NCBI GenBank assembly: GCA_965202585.1
Contig: OZ241829.1
Location: forward strand, 19,778,001 to 19,842,000
Source of the DNA: Thalia democratica
Taxonomy: Eukaryota
Length of the DNA: 64,000 bases
Reading direction: 5' to 3'
Position numbers and translations under genes: made by a program. This document shows positions 23,101 through 32,100 of this stretch, one piece after another. The notes below the pieces were generated by a model that worked only from the letters and a program-made list of their open reading frames with translations, was not told where the DNA came from and searched no databases. Positions within the stretch are counted from its first letter, which is position 1. Every line of letters starts with the position of its first letter.

Positions 23101-26100
23101 TAGGTTGCTGTGACGCAAATTGGTCGAAGATGCTCTTCTCCCCGTTCTTCTTCTTTTGCGGGGTCGAGGACGATGACATCATCTTGTCTGATTGTGACGT
23201 AATCTGCTGCTTGCTGGTGGACGGTTGCTGCGGGTTGCTCAGGTTGCCAGGCATTCCTGATCCCGGCATTCCGGGGAAACCGGCTCCCATGCCGGCAAAA
23301 GGGAACTGTTGATTGTTTTGAATTTAGTTGAAAGTTTACTTTGAAATACATACTACTTATTTACTGGTAGTTATGTTTACTTTGTTTTTAAATAAAAATC
23401 ATTGTTACCTCGTTTTACCTAAAGTCATATATGGAAACGCAAATTGTTGTAAAACATTAAAGTTAGATTAACTAAAAATTGATTTTTTTTTATCCATACA
23501 AAACTAAGTACTTACCCCCATGTTCATCAGAAATGGGTTCAGCATAGGGTTGGAATTGCCGCCGTACATCCCTCCGGCTGCTGCAATCTGCTGAAGCTGC
23601 TGCAGTTGCTGCTGGATCTGCAAATCGTTCAGCTGCTGCAATGGCGTCTGGCTTTTGGCGGGTTTCTGTGCAAGCGGGTTTTGTTGTTGAAGCAGAGCTT
23701 GATAACACAACTGTTCATACTTGGTAGTACAAAAATACAACGGTTAATTATGTTAATTCAGATTTTTTTTTAATAGAGTTCATCTTATTAAAACGATAAT
23801 CTGACGTGGTCCTTTTCAGGTATTATTTTTTATTAATACTTGCTTCGGTACAAATACATAAACGTAACTAAACATAACATATACATGAATACTGTAAGAA
23901 AGTTATTAGCTTTATACTTAGTTTATAAGTCAAAACACAAATTGTGTTTTTTTACTCCAATTTAAAACTTTTAGCTCTTAAATTTAATTGTATCATAAAC
24001 GATAAATTGTAAAAGTTTATATTAAAAGCTGCATCTACTGCAGAAAACCTATAATTTACTAAAAGAATAAAAAATTACAACGAACAACCTAAACAAATTA
24101 CAAATTAAAATTTAAATAAATTAATTACGTACTTCTTTTTGTCTGTTATTTTCTCCGCTTGGAGTTGCTCTTGAGCTTCCTGGCTGCTGGCTCAAGTTGT
24201 TCAGTGCTGCAAAAAGAAAATTGATGAGTTTTAATTTGGTGAAATTTTTCTGTCAGCTTTCAAGAGCTTCAAGGGTTAAATTAAAAGAGGTGAAAGAAAA
24301 TTAGCAGGAACACAAGGTTGGAAAACATGGAAAAGTTTTCATCTAGGTGGTAATGACGAACAAACATGATTTAATTTGTTTTTCTGATACAATTTTAAAA
24401 CAAAACAAGTCGGAAAAGTATTAAGCCGTGAATCAATCCGCAAAACAGCAGCTGTTAGCCATTGGCAAATTTCACAACAGAAACAGCAAAGTGTTTAAAA
24501 AAAAAAACTGTAGGTTGTTGTAGAGTAATTATATAAACCATTTTGAAAAAGCTGTTTGCAAATGTAGTTTTCAGAACAATTATGTTTATTGCAATAACGT
24601 GTTTATATGTTTTTTTTTTATTCACTGCTTTATTAATCTAAAATGGAAAATTTTTTTTATTCCGGTTCATGACTTAAAGAGCAACTATTTAAATCTAACT
24701 AAAAATTCAAATTTTATAAAAAGTTTTCGGTGTTATCATAAACTTTTTTGGAGCCATAAAAAGGGATAAACTAAATAATTTTTGAAGTATACAAATTTAT
24801 TTTTATATTTAAATACTGTAAAATAAGCTATAATTCAAGACAATTAAAAGCAGAAATCGTATTGAAATTTCTCTTTTCATTAAATTATTTTATATGTTTT
24901 GTAGATAATCCATTATATTAAAAAACAAACAGTTTATATTCAATAAGTAAAATATTCATGACATGGTATTAAAACTTGCATTGTTGTTAGAACTTTAATA
25001 ACATTATTAGACTAAAAAACAGCATTAATAGGACTAGCATTCAGTTTGATATACTTAATTTCTTTTCCAAGTCTCGTTAAATTAAATTAAAAAAATATTA
25101 AATAAGATTAGTAAAACCAGCTGTTGAAATTCAAATGTCAGTTAAAAAATAAACAACTTTAATTTTTTGAATTTAAAACAGTGTCTAAAGGCTGTAAATT
25201 TAAACAACTGACTGAGATATAAAAACCCTAACTTAAAGAAACAAATGCATAAATTTCACTTTTTTTTAATGAGTTTAAGAACTGCTTCATGAATAAGGAA
25301 ATTCATTAAGATGTGTTATGAAATAAAGTTTGAATTTATCAAATTTTTGCGTGGGATGAATAAATTTATACAGAAAAACTAAATCTAGCTCGTTATGAAA
25401 ACATAAGACTTTTGCTATACACAAGTTTTTGTTATTTATATTTATTTTTAGTGAAAACTGAAAGAAAATACTTAAATGGTTTCACCTAAAAGTTAACATA
25501 TTGAAAAGAGGTATTTTCTAACAGCCGATCTTGATTATACATTTTACCTTTATAAAAATAGTTGTTTTGTTACTAAAAATATACTTTTAAAAATAAATTG
25601 TTCAGTATAACTTTAAGTACAAACTATTAAAAAAAACAGAAAAGAAATATTCTAAAACAAACCTACTGGCTAGTTATTACTAGTTTTTTCTAACTTTTCA
25701 TACAAAATTTATTATGGTTTAAGCAGAAGAAAACTGTAACGTACTTTTGAAAAACTTCATTTTTATTGCAATCATATGCTTGCGGTTTTTATAACAAACA
25801 CAAATGATATATTTTATGTGAAAAATTTGTAAACGTGTTCTTAAATTTTACGAGCTACAAAAGTTATTCAAAACTTACTCATTATGTCATTTAAGCTACG
25901 GTTTTATTTGTAACTTGTAACAAAAATCAGTAGTCAAGTTAAAAAAGGCTTGTTTTTTCATTAGTAACCAACAAAAAGTAATAAAAGACTATTTGTAACA
26001 GTATTTACGAATTATAATGTTTTGTTTGTCACTGAATAAATATTTACAAACATTCTGCTGAAAAATTTATTTTATTTAAAGTCTAACTTGACATTTTCTA

Positions 26101-29100
26101 CCACTAAACTTTTCTCAATCAGAATAAACCTAAACCTACACAATACTCATAAATGTAAAAATAATAAAAAGTTCATATTTGATTTAGAAAGTTTTATAAC
26201 CAAGAACAAAGTTTGTGTGTTTACAAAATTACGTTTGTTTAGCATTGAAACTTTCAGACACTTACTTACATCAACAACAACTTTGCCAAGAGTTTAATTA
26301 CTTACTTCCTTTATTGAAATACTATTAATTCAAAAATCTAAAACAAATAAAACAGTTGAACATAACAGTTGTTATTAGTTGCTACTTTTGTAGTATATGT
26401 AGCCATATAACTGCTCAATATTGCTGTTAATTTCAACATTAGTTATAACATTGTTGTATTAAATTCCAATCTAAGATTTAGTTTACAAACTTAAACTACA
26501 GTAAACTAGTTTGAAAACTATATATTTAATTTCTAAAATAACTTAGAGTTTTCATGTTTTTTTTAACATAAATATAAGTTTAAAGCATGTAGCTAACTTG
26601 TATCAAAGTTATTTCACATTTAACTCAACTTCTAGCTTATAACTGTAGACAACTTGAATAATACAAACTGATAATACCAACCGTTTTCTTTCACTTTGGG
26701 GGTTTTCCGGTGATGGTTGCTAGGAGAAGGCGTGTTTGTGTTGTTAGGGAAGGATGGGAACTGGTTACTAGGAGGCCTGTTGCTAGGGGGTCTCTGCTGT
26801 TGGTTGTTGTTTCCTGTTGCATGTTGGCTCATCAGCTGCTGCATTGCAATCCATTCGTTACTTCCAACTAGAAGAATTTAAAAAAATATAGAAATAAGAT
26901 TGGTAAAAAATAACATAAAATTCATTTGTTATAATTTTTTTTTAAATAAAGTTAGTTAATCTTTTAAAGTTCTTTTTACAATCGTTTTAGTATGAAAATA
27001 TATAGCTTTAAGTAAATATCAAGGAAAAAAACTTGAGTTCTAACACACTTACTAAAAAAAAGAACTGTACTTTTGTCATAGTTAGACACAAAAAGTTTGA
27101 TTGTTTAGATAAGTGTTCTAAAGCAAGTAGTTTGTTTAATTTATCATATACATTTGATAGTTATTTATTTTCGAACAAGTAAAAATAATTTTTGGATATA
27201 CATTCATATATCTTCTTAATCAATCAGGTAAACTGTTTTTGGAAGGTCAATAATCAGCTAAGTTAAAACTGTACTTCCAACTGTTTAAATGGAACTATTT
27301 CAAAAAATAGCAGAAATAAAATCGTGAAAAGTCGACTATCAACGCTCAAATATACATGAAAACCCTGCAACAAACTCTTTATGCTCTACGCACGTCATTC
27401 ATACGTCATAATGCAACCGAACATATTGTGTTGGTGTTTGAAAAGAAATTATATGCTTGGTACGTGTGCGAATTCAGTTAGCATTTAAACAAGCTGTTTA
27501 AGTTAATGTGAACACTTTTCTGTTGTCTTAAAGATTAAATATAAATTTAAGATGAACTTAGCTAAAGTTCAAATTGTTCAATATGAGAGGTTGTTTAAAA
27601 TTCTCATAAAAAGTTTACTAAAAAAAATGTTTTGTCAAATACTGTTGTAACAGAATAATAAACTTATTATTTTTATTTTTTAAACATTCCTTGATCTGTT
27701 ATATGAAATGACATAGCTATCTAAAAGTATTTAAAAGTTATAAACCTTTAAAATAGCACTTTTTATGAAGCCTATTGGCAATTGTTTCAAAAATGAGTTT
27801 TTACAACAAAATAAATTTCAGCTGATAACAGTAAAAAACGAAGAATTTTTATTATAGCTAACTATAGTTTCAAAGAAAAATTTGTACTTTCATGCAACTG
27901 TTAATTTCTTAAAGACATAGAAATTAGGTATTTAGAATGGATACAGTTAAAATTTATATGTAAAGTATTCAGTCTAAAATTTTAAAATATATTGATAAAT
28001 AACCTATATAAACAAAAGCAATTTGTTACAGAGTACAAAACTAAACAAAGACGAGTTTTTAAATTTAACATATTGTATAACGTTATTGTGCTAAGGAAAA
28101 TTTGGTGATGTAAGTTATTATTTTAATCTACAGAAATCATGTTAACCAAAAGTAGACTTTTTGAATTCAACATATTTGATAACATCATTGCGTCAAAGGT
28201 AATGAACATGCTAATGGATTTTTTATTTTTACAATACAAATATTAACAAACAATTAGAGTCTTTTAATTTAATATTGTGTATATTGTGTAACATTGTTGC
28301 GTCAAAGGTAATTTACATGCTGATTTATTTTATTAATTTTAGATACAAATGATTTTAACCAGTAATATGTTTATAATTGACTATATAAATTGGCGTAGCA
28401 TTTAACCATTATGGCAATACACGACCGTCTGACGTACTAAGTTACCTAATTTATAAAACAAAGTGTTATCTAATATGTTTATTTATAACAGTTGTTATAC
28501 AAAGCAGTATGATCAAAAAAGAATAGCTATACCAATATGGTGTTTTATAGCTAATTATACTTACAAAAAATTCACAATTTAAATTAACAATAAATAACAA
28601 TTTTGTCACAACTAACTTGCAGGATTCATCATGTTGAAATTGTTCCTGCCCATTCCTGCCGCCATGTTGTTCATGTTGGGGTATCCCCCCTGTATGAGAG
28701 CGGCTTGTTGCATGGCCGCTAAGTCGAACTGAGATGGGTTCCAGCCGGCTCCTGTGAAAATATATAATGAAAACATTTTTTGATTAAAAAAGTTGACTTT
28801 AAATTCAATCTAAGGTTCGGTTTAAATTTGAAGAAAAGCTTTTAAGATAAATTTTTCTTAACTTTGTGATAACAGTTATTATTCAACAAGAATTAGTTTA
28901 AAACTTTAAAACTATTTAATAAACAATTATAATCCTGAAGAATAAAGTTTGTGTTTACTTAATGTATTTAACTTAAAGTAAAATATTTTATGATTTATAA
29001 TAGATGCTTTTTTGAAGCAGGTTGAGTGCTTATTTTGCTTCAAAAAGTACATATCATTATAAAAATATATTTAAGTTAATATAGGTTATAGCACCATGAT

Positions 29101-32100
29101 TGGAATTAAAAATTTTACAAGTTTTGTTAAACACTTCTAGGTTTTATCAAAATATTTTGTTTAACTATTTAATTTTAATGCAGTATAAATAAACAAAAAC
29201 ATATTTAGCTATTCTATTACATTTAAACTGACAGACAAAACAAAAAAGTATTTTAGTATGGAATATTAAATAGAATATTAAACATAATATTAAATAGTAT
29301 ATTAAAACTAAAAACTTAAAAACTACAGTAAAATTTGGACCTTTTCAAAGAAGCAAGCTAGTTTTAAACATTTATAACATGATAGAGACAATTTTCAAAT
29401 GATTGAGCAAAGTCAGACCACGTTGAAACATACCATTACATCTAATCAATAACTCTCAAAAGTTTAACTTAAAAAACACAGGATTGATCGATGCATTAGG
29501 ATTATAATACTCGTAAAAACTAGTTTGTTTGAAGTTTTCTGCCGTTGTTTAAAAATAGTGATAGGATATTTCTCTAGAGCTTGATTTTAGTTAGTTTAAA
29601 ACATACTTTGTTGTTTGTTAAATACAATAAATGTTTGAAACTACATGTCTATGTTTTTCTTACAAAATTAATTTCTGTAAAATTTTATCTCAAAGTTTAA
29701 ACTTAAAAAAAAAAAACACTTTACCAAATTTATTTTTAAAACTACTTTTTTTAGAGTTTGTTTATTACAGAACATTTTTCTATGGTATTCCAATGAACTT
29801 AGCAAACTTCAAGGTAAACCAAGTTCTAAAAAATAACAATAACCATTACGCGTTTATGACCGGCCACAAACTCTAAACAAATTACAACCAAAAACTTTTA
29901 AAAGTTCAAACTTTTGACGACCTCGTAATTTATGTATATTTAACTATTTACGTTATTAAAGCAGCTTATGAATTATGTTGTTGTAAATCACAAGACACTT
30001 GTATGAAACGTTTTAATGAAAATAATCTATATTTAGCAACTTTCATTAATTCCCATGATAGACCACAAGCGTATGAAAGTCATTCGAGCGTTGAGAGACT
30101 TTCTGTTAGTCCACAGGCTTTAATTTACCAGGTTTTAATATCTGGGATGGCCGCATAAGAAACTACTAAACTAAACTGTCAGTTACACAGTATATATTAC
30201 ACAGTAACGGGTAGGTAGATTTTGTACCACTAAAAGTTTTGTACAAAACAAACAGTTAAAAATCAAAACAATAACTTAAAATGCTAGAATAAGTTTTATA
30301 GTAGCTTTATTTTCTTTCAATCTGTTACTTATATGAGTGCTTTAATTTGATGGTTGAAGAATAATGTACTTAGAAGACATATTTCGCAATCTGAAAACAA
30401 AACTATTTCTGCTCATTACACACAGCCATCAAATGAAAACTAATTCGAGCATTTCCATATAAAACCGCACGCCATATGTGACTTGTGCCAATTACATATT
30501 TCCCACTACTTGCTCAAGTTGTTTTTGAAATTTCATAAGAAACTGGTGCATGGCAAAGTGCTATGGGCAATGAAAAAGCTTTTTAATATCTAAGGCTCGT
30601 GGGAAAGTTTAGTAGGAGACAATCAATGTAAATTCCAGACAATTTTAATTCCAGAACAGCATACCTTTAATCGTGTAAAAGTAGCACAACTTGAGAGTAT
30701 TTTCAGAGAACTTCAAATAAAGAATAATACACCCTGAGTCATCAAATTTCATTTAAAGTTGACAAAAATAATAATTGATCAAACACGTTTAATTTTAAAG
30801 CGTTGATTAGTTTTATAGATGATAAAGACATTCGCCAACAAACTTGTTTTTGATATCAAAACAAACAAGAAATAACACAAAGTGACGTGTTAATGTAATC
30901 AAGATAATTTTCTGTGGTAACAAAGTACAAGGCTCGTAAATAAATCGGTATCCACAGATTAATTTTCAACGATTTATCAAAATGTGCATGTGTGTAAACA
31001 ACAGTTAGGTGTTAAACAGCAATTAGGCAACTTACAAAAACATTATATTAACCACGTAGTTGAAAACCCAGCAGTTTGTCTGTGATCGAACGATTATCAT
31101 TTCTGACAGCTTTGTGTTTATTACATTGTATTTTTATACAAAGTCAAACGCGTTTAACTTGAGTTTAATGGGCAACGTACAGTGAACGAAATTTTATCCC
31201 ATCTAATTGGTGTGCAGTTAAAGTTTAGTGATATTTTTTTGAAACAGTAATACTTTGACAAAGTGCTACAAATTAAACTGGTTTTAAAACTTAGTTTCAA
31301 CACCTTATTAGAATAAACTTCTGCTATATAAAGTATAACTTTATCAATAGCTAAACTCACATACTTGAGATTTTAGATAAGTATAAATTTATTGATAAGC
31401 TTAATAAGTACTTTTGTACTGGTGGGTTTAAGTAATTTTTTTGTTCTGAATAGGTGCTACTACCTTAATGATTTTTAGTGCATATACTTTCTTTTTTTAC
31501 AGATAGTTTTAATAAGAATGTAATGTTTTATTTTTAAAGTGTACCTAATAGTTTTAACATATAAAACAATAACTGATGTCAATATAAAATTAGACTGAAA
31601 CAAAATAATTTTCTGTATTTATTTATGAAAATATTGTAAGGTATTTATGACATGTAGCTAAACATTTATTCGTTTTATGGGTATCTTATTTCACCACAAG
31701 ACGTTTTCAAAGTTTATCTGAGTAAAAGAACTTAATGATACAATTAAAAAAACACATTAAAGTTAGAATATTATTTTAAACTAACAAAGCTTTTTTCCTT
31801 GTATTATAAAGTAGTTAATATAAATGTTGTTAGTTTAAAACAATATTCTAATTTTAATGTTTTTTTTAATTGTATCATTAAGTTCTTTTACTCAGATAAA
31901 CTTTGAAAACGTATTCTTTGTATTATAAAGTAGTTAATGAGAATACAATTATATTGAAGAGTTTATAATTTAAGCAATGCTTTTTTGTATATATGAAAGA
32001 CTTCAAACAATTTCAGATGTCAACTTAGGTTTAAGTATCTTATTTAAGTTAATAAAGTTAAGTAAAGAAATTAAGATTTTGAGTTTTTAAAAGATATATG

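Noticed and set aside
5766-23312. Plus-strand ORFs in the track over BAZ2 exons (5766-6155, 7840-8070, 9367-9747, 13056-13313, 22728-23057, 23061-23312)
   Set aside because: Antisense shadows of GC3-rich minus-strand exons; no independent splice signals or motifs.
31799-31938. 21-bp direct repeat ttgtattataaagtagttaat (offset 119)
   Set aside because: Real but AT-rich, isolated and far from exons; kept only as a counter-example to the helical-period idea.
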